A stretch of DNA of 64,000 nt, taken from Octopus bimaculoides. Taxonomy: Eukaryota. Shown one piece after another: positions 48,042 to 60,660 of the stretch (position 1 is its first letter; the number at the start of each line of letters is the position of its first letter). Under the pieces are notes generated by a model. It was not told where the DNA came from and did not search any database. It saw only the letters and a list, made by a program, of their open reading frames with translations. The stretch spans positions 34,752,136-34,816,135 of the forward strand of contig NC_068995.1 of assembly GCF_001194135.2 (NCBI RefSeq). Reading direction: 5' to 3'. Both the position numbers and the translations under genes were made by a program.

Positions 48042-48868
48042 CTGTGCGTGCGTGCGTGCATGTGTATTACAGTATATAAATTTATTTAAGTGCTAGGAAC
48101 AAACTATTTTTCTATGAAATATATATAAAAAGGTTCTTTAAATAATACATCAAAATGAGATAACCTGAAAAAACAAAACTGAATTTGTGGTCATTAATTG
48201 GGAGTTCTGCGTCCTTGTATGCTTGTACGTGCTAATAATTACATTCTTTCTGCATCAAGAAATAAAGAAAATCTACGAAGAACTCAGTGTATTATTTATT
48301 AAATCATCTCTGTATTCATGGATTCAATTCTTCTCACAATCATCACATATATTAGTGTGGTATCATAATTTATTTTGAAGGATCTAATTCAGTTAGTGTC
48401 AGAAATCTTTTTAATATAATATCTCATAAGGTAAATATATAAGTTTATGATCATCTTATTGCATTTATGATTTTGCAGATTTCCCAATTGTCATTGCACG
48501 TTCGATGAAATAATATTAAATTAAATACATACTGTTCGGAAGTAAACCGAGTAAAGGGAAAAGATAATATTACTATTTTGTATTATTTTACATTTATTTT
48601 GATTTTATATTAGTATAAACAATTCATATAACATTGACACAGACTTTGGAAATTCAATTTCCCATAAATATTTCCAGTATCAGATTCAGTGTGATTAATT
48701 AAATGAAATATATGAGTTAGCCGGCACTTCACTACATATAAGAATTTTTTTTCTCCATTTTTCTACTGTTTACTCTCCATTTCACTATCTGCATATCTCT
48801 CTCCCCATTTCTCATTTATATGTACATATATACATATACATACATATATACACATATAAATACATATG

Positions 48869-48934
<66 letters not shown>

Positions 48935-50761
48935 NNNNNNNNNNNNNNNNNNNNNNNNNNNNNNNNNNNNNNNNNNNNNNNNNNNNNNNNNNNNNNNNNN
49001 NNNNNNNNNNNNNNNNNNNNNNNNNNNNNNNNNNNNNNNNNNAAGGAAATGTGTATATACATGCATAAATATATGCATGTATATATATATGTGCATGTAT
49101 ATATATATATATACATATATGCGTATACATATATATATTCATACATACATACACATACATATTTTTCCCACATGTTCTCTTACGTAGATTCATACATAGC
49201 CTGCTATTTATATATCACCCTTATATTATCCATAATTTAATCCACCCAACTATCTCACAGCTACTCATCTATAAATCTTTCATTCATTTCCCTTTTTCGC
49301 ATATATCTTAACTCATCTGCCTACCCATCTCTCACTACCAAACTCTCAGTAATTGGATCAATATTCTACATTCTCTGTCTCTCTGTCTCTCTGTCTCTCT
49401 CTCCAGCTTTTAATTTGCTCTTGCCAGTCTATTCCGGTATCTCTCACCAACACTTTTCGATATAACTTTCCTTCTAAAGGTGTCTATTTAGAATTTCCTC
49501 ATTCTAATTTTACTTCTTCTATCCACAAGTTATTACACTATTATTCATTCCCAAACTATCACCTCTGTATATTTATGTCTTTCTAGATGTATTCATATCT
49601 AATTTGTATTTTTCAAGAATATTGTTTTAACTGAAACAAGCATACATTATCATTTTTATAAATACATAAAGACAATATCAAAAAAGTATTATAAAAATAC
49701 ATAGTAAATACATAAATATGAAATCAAAGGATAAAACAATCTTGCTCAACACAAAATGCATACAATACGGGCCTACAAACTTATTCCTCACACATACTGT
49801 ATGCACACAATCACAAATGATAGACATATTAATACACATTGTCTTTTTGGATAATTTAAAATATATGGTAAGTTATATCATAATCATTCAAATTCAGCAT
49901 TGAAGTAAATAGTCCTTACATTGCATGTTTTATGTTTGTTTTGGCGGGGAAACGTTGGGACTTACCTGGAGAGTTGTTACAAGATTAGATATTTATGTAG
50001 CAATTTTCTCACCCGTAGAGATTTCTAGCTTATTGTTATTTATAGTTTGTAAACACAACTCAACTAAAATGGTCAGTCATTGTGCACACATACATGGCTA
50101 ATTAATACATAACGCCTTACGCAGCCATTTGGGTGGCTTTGATATGTAAGGTATATAGTGTTAAAAAACAACATCAAATAAATATAAAGTTTAGTTCAGT
50201 CATGGAAGGACTTGCTTGCAACATAGATCTCTACATGGTCCAAAATACGGGAAAATCAATGTGGATAATTTGTAATATTCTTACAAACTCATCTATTAAA
50301 GGTAGCTAATTAAAAAGATAACTATCTTTTCTATGTGGAATATAGTAGCTTCCAGCTATTTATGATGAATGTAGACTAGGATAATCCTCGACTGGATAAT
50401 CTAGTTTGGATACGACTACCCGAACTGTTTGATTTAAATAAACTCCGTTGTTATTTCTTGGACTGTTACAGATACACTGATCAGTTTAGCGAAGTTCTTG
50501 TTTGTAGCTTAAAAGGTAGTTTAATCCACGTTTATAACATAATTTAGATTAATAGGTTTTAGCATTATAGCTATAAAGTAGTAAGTATATATAAGTAGCT
50601 ATGAGCTAGCTACAATTAATCTGTGAACAGAAAATCAATAGCCGCTACCTGATGAAAGCCTTGAAAGATTAGAAACTAGCTAAATAAATCTTAACCGTTT
50701 TATACACGAGGGCATAAAATAACCTATGGGGCAAACGTTCTTTCATTTTATATTGTGAGGC

Positions 50762-50808
<47 letters not shown>

Positions 50809-50814
50809 TATATA

Positions 50815-51172
50815 TTATTTTATCGGTTTCAGCTCAAAGCTGTGCTCATGCTGGGGCACCGCCGTTCTGCTACACTGTTATTATTGAGAGTCTCCTCTGA
50901 TATGTGGCATTTGGAGAATAAGAGAGTTTGATGTTGCTTCCCTCATTTGCGCTCCCTGCCGCGAGGTAGGTTCATCTGGGACATTCGACAGGAAGACATT
51001 CAGTTATGGTTTCAAAACACCTATATCCACTTTGCGTTTCGTCCTCGGCCGCCTGGTCTACTACACCCAACTGTGGTCAGCCCATAGTGTAAAATTAAAA
51101 CAGCGAATCTTGAAGCAATCCAAAGAAGCTACAGCCTGATTTTCAAGGGCTCACAGCTTATTAATACATACA

Positions 51173-51204
<32 letters not shown>

Positions 51205-52070
51205 AATATATATGTCTGTTTGTTCACTTGCCTGTGTTCTAGCAGTGTGATGAACACACTTCGGAACTTCGTTCAGTATTTCACTTACCCTCATCGTGTT
51301 TCTTGTAAGGGATCCATCCTTTTGGAAGAGGGGTTCTATCTTGTGAGTTATTAAGGCTGTTTCTTTTTCAAACTTAAAGAGAGCTTTAGGGTTTGACTTG
51401 ATATATTCCATAACCCAAGCTTCTTTATTTGCTCTCTCCTTTTCATGAGATTGATGCAGATATTTCTCAATCTCCAATAACGCTCTCTCTAGGTGAGACT
51501 TCCCGCCACTTTAGAGATGCTTGCTCATGCGGTTCGCAATCCTTCTCCGTCATCTCATAAGAATCTTCTTTTCTCTAGTGATCCTGTTTTTGTGTATGTT
51601 GGTCTTGCACAAAGTGACAGATTTGTTACATATGGCTTGTATTATGGACATGAAATGCTTGTGCTTCATGTCAATGTCTGGTGCGGAGAGACTTTTAGGC
51701 CAATCCTGTTGGAGGATCTCTTTCTCAAGCAACAGTTTGCTTTATCAAATTTTAGTTTGGAGAGATTTTGGGTACTTCGTATAGGCCGTATGTCTGCAGG
51801 AGCTTTTGGTCCATACATAGACAACTCTATTATACTGTGATCCGAGATCAGTGTCGGTGTCACTTTAACATTATGGATAATGTCCATAGTGTTTGTGAAG
51901 CAGAGATCCAATATATTATATACCTTGGTTGGTTGCAGCACGATTTGCTCCATGACAAAAGCATTGGTAAGGTGGTGCAAGGACTCTACCTGCGCTTACT
52001 GTTGGTCGTTATTCCTGGGAGAATCTGGCCCCCAGGCCATCCCATATTAGGGAAGTTAAACTCACCCAAA
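50815..52070 (-). mobile_element. CR1-clade LINE lacking its RT domain (APE end, pre-RT region, then 3' end)
   Basis: 'LGEFNFPNMGW', 'NILDLCFTN...ISDH', 'IKSNPKALF...IEPL...SEILNE'; then C-terminus 'LNVFLSNVPDEP...SNSLILQM' and tail 'ggcggtgccccagcatg...ctgaaac'. Confidence 0.82.
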
Positions 52071-52125
52071 AGGAATACACTAATGTGTTGTTCCAGCTTG
52101 GTGAGAACTTCTGTGTGTGTATGTG

Positions 52126-52193
<68 letters not shown>

Positions 52194-52279
52194 TCAGTAA
52201 ATGGTGGAGTTGTGTTAACCGCATGTGGAGAAATGATAGGAAAGGAAAAAATAACAATAAGGCAGAATGCTAAACTGAA

Positions 52280-52850
52280 AGCATATTTTAATATAAATGA
52301 GTGTAAGGTTTACAAAAGGATTTCAAACCGGCTTTTATTGCATGGCAAATTTTCAAGGTAAGGAGAAAAACAACAAAGAGTTTTTTTTCCAAAAAATAAG
52401 AAATATATAAAAATATAAATATGCCAATACATCATAATGTCTTTAAGCTTTTGAAGTTCAATAATTTTCCTTGGAAAACCTTGTTGGAAGAGTTAGGATG
52501 CATGCGTTTCTGTGTAGTGCTTTTTTCAAGAGGGATAGATGTTTATGTGTCAGATAGGAAATAGGGTAGTAATATCAAGTTGATGTGAATATGGGCATAT
52601 AATTCTGTGGGTGTTGTACTCTTTAATTGGAATGTTGGATTCTTTGTCAACAGGATGCTTATGTCTGTTCTTAGATTTAATGAGGAAGGTTAAGAAAAAG
52701 AATTCGGTCACCGTGTAGTTTGCATATTAAGAAGTGTTTGTAATTTTTCAATAAAAGGATTCTCCTTGTTGATTCTCTCTTGTGGAGAGATTCTGTCTTT
52801 ACATTGTACTCCATCTGGCGAGAGAACTATATTGTTTAATGAACACTGAA
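52280..52850 (-). mobile_element. Probable PLE 3' fragment (end of GIY-YIG plus UTR)
   Basis: Minus strand 'HNFSV...ERINKENPFIEKLQTLLN', like the R..KE..FI.KL.T..LN ending of the other PLE fragments here. Confidence 0.4.
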
Positions 52851-53253
52851 ATTATGTGATGTGTTCGTTAAATGATATATATATATATANNNNNNNNNNN
52901 NNNNNNNNNNNNNNNNNNNNNNNNNNNNNNNNNNNNNNNNNNNNNNNNNNNNNNNNNNNNNNNNNNNNNNNNNNNNNNNNNNNNNNNNNNNNNNNNNNNN
53001 NNNNNNNNNNNNNNNNNNNNNNNNNNNNNNNNNNNNNNNNNNNNNNNNNNNNNNNNNNNNNNNNNNNNNNNNNNNNNNNNNNNNNNNNNNNNNNNNNNNN
53101 NNNNNNNNNNNNNNNNNNNNNNNNNNNNNNNNNNNNNNNNNNNNNNNNNNNNNNNNNNNNNNNNNNNNNNNNNNNNNNNNNNNNNNNNNNNNNNNNNNNN
53201 NNNNNNNNNNNNNNNNNNNNNNNNNNNNNNNNNNNNNNNNNNNNNNNNNNNNN

Positions 53254-53580
53254 CAGCCTCGGTTTCAGAGGACCTCAGCTCTTCAATGCCCTGCCAAAAC
53301 ATTTGAGAGACATGCAAGACATGGATGCGGAGGTCTTCAAGACAAAACTTGACGCTTTCCTCTCCACGATACCAGACGAACCAATGGCTCGTAATGAGAC
53401 GCAGTTTAGGGCAGCTGTGTCAAATTCTCTTATACACCAGATGTGCCATCAAAACTCTTGATTGGACCATGTCAGGTGGGGGAGAAGAGCCATGCAAGCA
53501 ACGTGAAAATCACGGTGGTGCACCAGCATGACCGCAGCCACTTGGCTGAAACACATAAATAAATAAATAAATAAATATGT
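53254..53580 (+). mobile_element. CR1-clade LINE 3' end with (TAAA)n tail
   Basis: 'SLGFRGPQLFNALPKHLRD...FKTKLDAFLSTIPDEP...SNSLIHQM' then UTR '...ggtggtgcaccagcatgaccgcagccacttggctgaaac' + (taaa)n. Confidence 0.85.
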
Positions 53581-54845
53581 ACATAGATACATATAATGTT
53601 GATATGAACAATAATGAAAACACTCCGTATTTCTTAGCGTTCATAATAAATGAGAAGAATACGCGCCACTTAACTATTCTTGATCCACTGCTAATTTCAG
53701 AGTTGATAGGTTGTATAAATTTATATTGTAAATCTTATTTGTCTTGGTCATGAACATAGTTCTTCTGTAAATATTTGTCTGATTACTGACAATAGTTTAT
53801 CGAATAGCAGGAACAGCTATAATTGTAAGTTCAAGGAACAGTAAATATAAACGGAATATACAAAGAAAACACTATGTCTATGTGTGTGAGTGTGTATGTA
53901 TATATAAATATTTGTGTGTGTGTGTGAGATAGTGTGTGTGTATTTATATATATATATATATATATNNNNNNNNNNNNNNNNNNNNNNNNNNNNNNNNNNN
54001 NNNNNNNNNNNNNNNNNNNNNNNNNNNNNNNNNNNNNNNNNNNNNNNNNNNNNNNNNNNNNNNNNNNNNNNNNNNNNNNNNNNNNNNNNNNNNNNNNNNN
54101 NNNNNNNNNNNNNNNNNNNNNNNNNNNNNNNNNNNNNNNNNNNNNNNNNNNNNNNNNNNNNNNNNNNNNNNNNNNNNNNNNNNNNNNNNNNNNNNNNNNN
54201 NNNNNNNNNNNNNNNNNNNNNNNNNNNNNNNNNNNNNNNNNNNNNNNNNNNNNNNNNNNNNNNNNNNNNNNNNNNNNNNNNNNNNNNNNNNNNNNNNNNN
54301 NNNNNNNNNNNNNNNNNNNNNNNNNNNNNNNNNNNNNNNNNNNNNNNNNNNNNNNNNNNNNNNNNNNNNNNNNNNNNNNNNNNNNNNNNNNNNNNNNNNN
54401 NNNNNNNNNNNNNNNNNNNNNNNNNNNNNNNNNNNNNNNNNNNNNNNNNNNNNNNNNNNNNNNNNNNNNNNNNNNNNNNNNNNNNNNNNNNNNNNNNNNN
54501 NNNNNNNNNNNNNNNNNNNNNNNNNNNNNNNNNNNNNNNNNNNNNNNNNNNNNNNNNNNNNNNNNNNNNNNNNNNNNNNNNNNNNNNNNNNNNNNNNNNN
54601 NNNNNNNNNNNNNNNNNNNNNNNNNNNNNNNNNNNNNNNNNNNNNNNNNNNNNNNNNNNNNNNNNNNNNNNNNNNNNNNNNNNNNNNNNNNNNNNNNNNN
54701 NNNNNNNNNNNNNNNNNNNNNNNNNNNNNNNNNNNNNNNNNNNNNNNNNNNNNNNNNNNNNNNNNNNNNNNNNNNNNNNNNNNNNNNNNNACTCTTATTC
54801 CAACCAATACTGTTGCTAAGTACACACTCAGTTGCTTATACACAC

Positions 54846-54902
<57 letters not shown>

Positions 54903-55584
54903 ATACATAATGGGACAAGAACACAAAACATCCAGAGAGTTAGGTGATACAAGAAGGGGACAAAATATCCATATATATATATATTTATATATTTATATCA
55001 TAGCGTGGTGTCCACGCAGGTATGTACTTTCCGTTGTACTGTCTGTTTTGAGCCTCCTTAGGATTTGATATATATCTAGTACTTCACCTTCGTAGGTCTT
55101 AAATTTTGACGGAACGGTGACATGTCCGTTTTGACATACCGCGTGCCTGGAACATTTTCAGCGAGGTGAGGGGGTCTATTCTAAGCCAAACCTAATCACT
55201 GAAGCGCTCGCTCAGAATGACGTCGGTGACTAAAACCAACTGATATTCTGAGATTAGTCAAAAATATTGGGTGATATATAGAAATCTTTCAACAAATATT
55301 TGATGATATTTGATGATATTTGATGCAAAGCTAGCTAGGCTAATATTTAATCAATGTGCACATTTGAAACATTGTTAGATTAAGATATTACAGCTAACCG
55401 CTGTCCTCTTTTAGATATGCATTAAAAATTTTATACTCATCGTTATTTTAATCATAAGTTATTTCAATGCTATACTCACACACACACGCAAACACGCACG
55501 CATACACACACACGCACACATACACACACATGCACACACATGCACACACACACANNNNNNNNNNTATTATTATTATTATTATTA

Positions 55585-55616
<32 letters not shown>

Positions 55617-56180
55617 GAGTGAGAGAGCACAGCATGACATCAAATTGACGCTGGGGTAAAATGTAAAATATACGAAGTCCAGTATACCCATCATGACTAC
55701 CCGTTTGACAAGGGTATACCAGGCGCATGCATCACAACCATATGTGCACGGCATGGTGATCCCATATCAAGATTAATAGCACATGAATTTGCAGGTGGGG
55801 GCCTAGTTAAAATTTTCTTCAGGTCGAGTAGCACATCTTGCTCAAAAGGTTCCTGAATAAGGGTTGTTTAAGGATGTTGAACGAAACACCCACGTTTCGA
55901 GGGGCGAATTATCCAAACCCCAAAGAATTCCCCGCAACACATGGCTATGATGCTCCTCCTCTATTTCTGCGCGTGATCAGAGATGCACATATTGTCAGCA
56001 ACTAAGGGACATGCTCAACTGGTTAAGGTCAAACAACTGACAAGCAAATCTACGGTATTGAGCAGAATATTTGCTGTAGCCCATCTTTTATATCAAGTTA
56101 AAACAATGTACATGATGATACTTCCAATCAGTTTAAATGAGAAACTGCGAAAGCCACTGCCTGGTACCGCATCAGGGCGT
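55617..56180 (-). mobile_element. Non-coding interspersed-type element (about 560 bp) bounded by (AAT)n on both sides
   Basis: Sharp boundaries against (ATT)n tracts at 55565-55616 and 56181-56240. I recognise it as a repeat family, but it is single-copy in this window; orientation is inferred from the AAT tail. Confidence 0.55.
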
Positions 56181-56239
56181 TTATTATTATTAGTATTGTT
56201 GTTGTTGTTATTATTATTGTTGTTGCTATTATTATTATT

Positions 56240-56830
56240 GTTCAGTAGTTTTATTTTTATAAAGTGCTTTCACTTCACTACCGAGCGCAGCTCTGTGCGC
56301 CTTGGGTATGTGCTGTGGTTTGCTGTGGTGCTCTTATGTTTACTGTATTGAAACTGTTTTACGTAGAATGTGTGCAGTACCCAGTAGTGCAATTTTCTGT
56401 ATGTTATATCCATATTTTATATGTATGTGTTGTTGTGTTTTCGTTTTTTGGGTAGAGCACTGCTGTGAAATAGGCGTGTAGGATCGAAATGTATTCCTCA
56501 CGTGTCCATTTATGCCGTTTTGGTTTTGTTTGCGGGACATGAGGAACAACGTCCGGCCCTTTATTTTGAAGNNNNNNNNNNNNNNNNNNNNNNNNNNNNN
56601 NNNNNNNNNNNNNNNNNNNNNNNNNNNNNNNNNNNNNNNNNNNNNNNNNNNNNNNNNNNNNNNNNNNNNNNNNNNNNNNNNNNNNNNNNNNNNNNNNNNN
56701 NNNNNNNNNNNNNNNNNNNNNNNNNNNNNNNNNNNNNNNNNNNNAATACCGGTGTTATTTAATCTGTTTGTAATTTTTTTGTACATGATGTTTTTGGGTT
56801 CGAAGATGGTCTGATTTTGATGTAACACGT
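56240..56830 (-). mobile_element. R4/Dong-clade LINE 3' end with (AAT)n tail
   Basis: ORF end 'YNIQKIALLGTAHILRKTVSIQ*' (RLE-element C-terminus, comparable with 42260-42330), short UTR and AAT tail; interrupted by a gap. Confidence 0.75.
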
Positions 56831-56948
56831 GCGTTTACGATCGCTGTGCGGGTAGTGGAGGTATCAAGTTAAAATACATCATTAAATTTCAATGAGTATT
56901 ACTTCCTCGGATATAGTCCAACCCTTTGTCAGCTATTTTTTGGCTCTA

Positions 56949-57021
<73 letters not shown>

Positions 57022-58312
57022 TGTATTTGCATTTAGCAGACCATTTTCTCATTGCAGAAATATATCTGCAACAGGTTTGAAATAATTACTGTCACGGTCC
57101 GTGATTTGACCACCGATCTCACGATTTGCTCCAAAATTTTAGCGACAAATATACAACCGTATTTGATACAAAAAAATCACAGTAACAGTAACTCCCTATT
57201 TATCGAAAATCGATTTTTCATTCCAATAGTAAAAAAAGTACATGTATGGATTTAGAAGCAGTAGTCTTCGTTGATTTCTTTGGGGTTATATGCATACCGT
57301 GTTAGTTTCCCAATATGTAACCGTCCATGAATGACAATTCTAGATTTTGAATGTGTGATGCGACAACAAAATGCACAGGTGAGATTATCTCTGGACATTC
57401 AACCACGTGGAGTTTCAATATTCTACAATTTTCGTCAATTATGTTTCTCTAATTGATATCCCAACCGTTTGGAAAGAATTTCCGACCTAAGACCTGAGAA
57501 AGTAAGTACTAGAAATATATTAAATCCTAGAATGGTGTGTATTAGGCTCAAACAGGCGGTGGAATGGAAAGTTTATAATGGATATTTGAAACTAAATCTA
57601 GAACTCTTGCTTAGATTCCATGTAACTATGTTATTGAATCTTTAAAATACCTAAAAACATGCATTCGTCGTTTTTATTTTAATAAAAAAAATTTTAACGC
57701 TGCATTCCGTGTTTCAGTCATGAGGCATGCTGAGATGATTTTTGCTATTTATTTCAAACGTATATAATTTATTTGAAGGAGCTCAGTTCAAGAATTTATG
57801 GTATCATTTTAATCAGACTATACCGATAATATTTGTTGCCGGTAATAATATCATTAACCTGTTCGTTAAATACACCTAACGTGCTACATGCTAAATATCC
57901 ATTCATTGAGACTACAATAGTACCAATATCTGCGGCTCATTGCATACTTAGGTAATGGCTACTACGATAGCTGAAAGTTTAGTTATGCTATATTCTTTTG
58001 GCATAGATATTTCGATGCTTCTGTTTTGCACTAAACTGCTCAGCTGTTCAAATGTAAGAGTGTTTAACAATTATCGAAATAGCTAATTGTTTTCAAGTCG
58101 GATGCTTTAACAAGAATAAAAAAAAAAAAATGAAACACCTGTGTGCCAATTACTCACATTAGAACACTCTCAGAGTCATGAGTTTTTTGGAGTAGGAATG
58201 TTTTTTTCTTTTTTGTAGACGCTTCTATCTTTATTCATTAATTCTTTTAGAGCTCTATCCCATATGTAACCTCCTCGAATTTATTCTCACATTTCCTTTA
58301 TTCTAATTGCAG

Positions 58313-58410
58313 GATAAAATCATAAGAGCACCATTATTTTATTGTCAACTCGAAATTCTGTTATCAATCAGGAGCATTCTTAATTGTATCATACTTTGCT
58401 GCTAAACATG
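58313..58410 (+). other. Candidate host-gene exon (5' UTR ending in a start codon)
   Basis: Acceptor atttcctttattctaattgcAG|, 98 nt of non-repeat sequence, ends AAACATG|GTAAGT; stops in all three frames before the ATG. Confidence 0.3.
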
Positions 58411-58888
58411 GTAAGTTTGTAATTATGTTTTCCTTTTTGTATTATTTTCACTTTTTAAGTTTTTCCGAGGTGCTAAAAACAAGAAAAAGAAGATTGTCTC
58501 TTCAGAATGTTCCTTGTTTTGTATCATATACATATTTCATATTTGTTTTATAAATTATTATTTCCAAATCGTCGTATACATCAATCATTGATGTAATTAT
58601 TCCAAAGCACAATCGCCGATTGATTCATTATTCCATTTAGAATTATTTTATATGTTGCTCGAATGCAACTAAAAAGGATTTCATTGAAAAATATCGACAT
58701 CTTTCGAGTGACTTGATCTTTACAAAGCTTTGATACTAATTTAAGAATAGCTAATATAAATAAACATTGCCATTCATTTTTTAAGAGACTTTGAATCGGG
58801 CGTCACGAAGTTGCCACATTTTCTAAATTTTAGTAATCTGTATTTGAAATTAAGGAATAACAAAAGGTGTACAATGCACACACACACA

Positions 58889-58932
<44 letters not shown>

Positions 58933-59816
58933 AACACACACACAAACGCACACACGCACACGCATGCATGCAAGCGCGCATGCACACACATACACACGAA
59001 CACAGACACGCACACAGACGTGCATGCACGCACACACGGACACACACACACACACACACACACATACACACACACACACACGTTTTTGTTCTTACCTATT
59101 ACGAGATGTTTATAGTTTCTAGTCTGTGTTAATCATGTCCAGCATTATTTTATTTATTATATAATCTGACCATATTCCACTAATTCATTTCCAACTTTGA
59201 TAACGCGGTTAATTTTCAAATTAATAAGCAAGCAAATTTACACACTATATAAATAAAGCCAAATATTTGATAAGCGCACTGTTAACTTGCTAATCCTAAC
59301 TTTACGTATATACTTCCTCAAAGATCTTTAAAAACTAGCAAACTAAGTACAAACAGAATTGCTCAAAATTGCAACTGCACTAAACGACTGTCTCTACATT
59401 CAACTTCTATGGTAAAATATGTAATGAAAAATTCAAACAAATGTCATATTTAAAATACATATAGAAATTACATTAAACTGTGTCCAGACATGTTTTGTTC
59501 AACAACTTTCTCAGTATAAGTAGGAATAAAGATATTTGTCTAACTCGATACATATCGTAACTGAAATAAATATGAAGCGTTCTCTAGACACCAACAGGTC
59601 TCAAATTTGTATTAACATTACACATTTTTAGGCGATGTGTTATTAAGGAAATTCAGCATATCGTCACACAATCATCTATATAAATACTTCAGGCTGGTGA
59701 CATACCAAACTCAATAACATTTCTATTAATGCTTATGTTATTTAACTAGATATAAAAACTTATTCGAAGAGAAACATTCATTTATGCATATCCGTAAATC
59801 ATGCAAAATGATTTTG

Positions 59817-60012
59817 GTAGCATGTCAGGCAAAATGCTTAACGGTATTTCGTCCGTCTTTACATTCTGAGTTCAAATGATTCCGGAGCTGACCTTGTCTT
59901 TCAGCTTTAAGGGACCGATAAAAGAAGGACCAGTCGAGTACTGGGGTCAATGTAATCGACCTAGCCCCACCCCGGACTTCCTGGGGTGGGCTAGGTCCCA
60001 ATATTTGAAACC
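59817..60012 (+). mobile_element. SINE family B, diverged, with a local inverted duplication in the tail
   Basis: 'gcaaaatgcttaacggtatttcgtcc...ttctgagttcaaat...ctggggtcaatgtaatcgac'. Confidence 0.8.
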
Positions 60013-60562
60013 AATAGTACTATGTTTGTATTAATTTCTTATTCCAATCGATTCCATAAATTGCTTAACTTCATACACATGGAATGAGTTTAAGGAAAAA
60101 CAAATTTTAAAACAAATAATAAGTATAAAAAATAAGGAAGACTTCTGCAAAATTTGACAAAACAACAGAACAAACTCACAAGCTATCCATATCGTAAACA
60201 GGACGATAATTAATAGCAAAATTCGCATTTAATGCATTAATTTCACTCTTCTTTCCATATCTGTTAACCCGTAAACTTTTCCTTTGTTTTCCTTCGTTTG
60301 TTACGCTTCTCTCTTGTTCACGATACGATAATTTTTCTCGATGCTTGAAACGGTAGGTTCCACATATGTTTGTGAGTATCTGTACTAGGATAATGCATGA
60401 AAATCTGTCACGGTTGTAGTAGCGATAAAAACATATTTGCGTGTATCGTAAATAGGGTTTTTAATAATATATTAAAATAGTATTGTCAAAATGACGTTGT
60501 TTATAACTTTTTTTCTGTAATTGTTATTCACAGTCAACACATACCCCTTATTCTTCATTGCT

Positions 60563-60660
60563 GGAGTGCACAGCCACTTGCACGTAAATTTCACGAGTAG
60601 GCTGTTCCGTTTATCGGATCAACTGTAACCCTCGTCGTCGTAATCGACGGAGTGCCACGA
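60563..60660 (+). mobile_element. SINE family C 3' fragment
   Basis: 'ggagtgc.cagccacttgcacgt.aatttcacgag.aggctgttccgt...ccctcgtcgtcgtaatcgacggagtgcca'. Confidence 0.88.

Noticed and set aside
57344-57378. Possible 35-nt exon (AG|...CAG|GTGAGA)
   Set aside because: Weak polypyrimidine tract and too short to support without RNA data.
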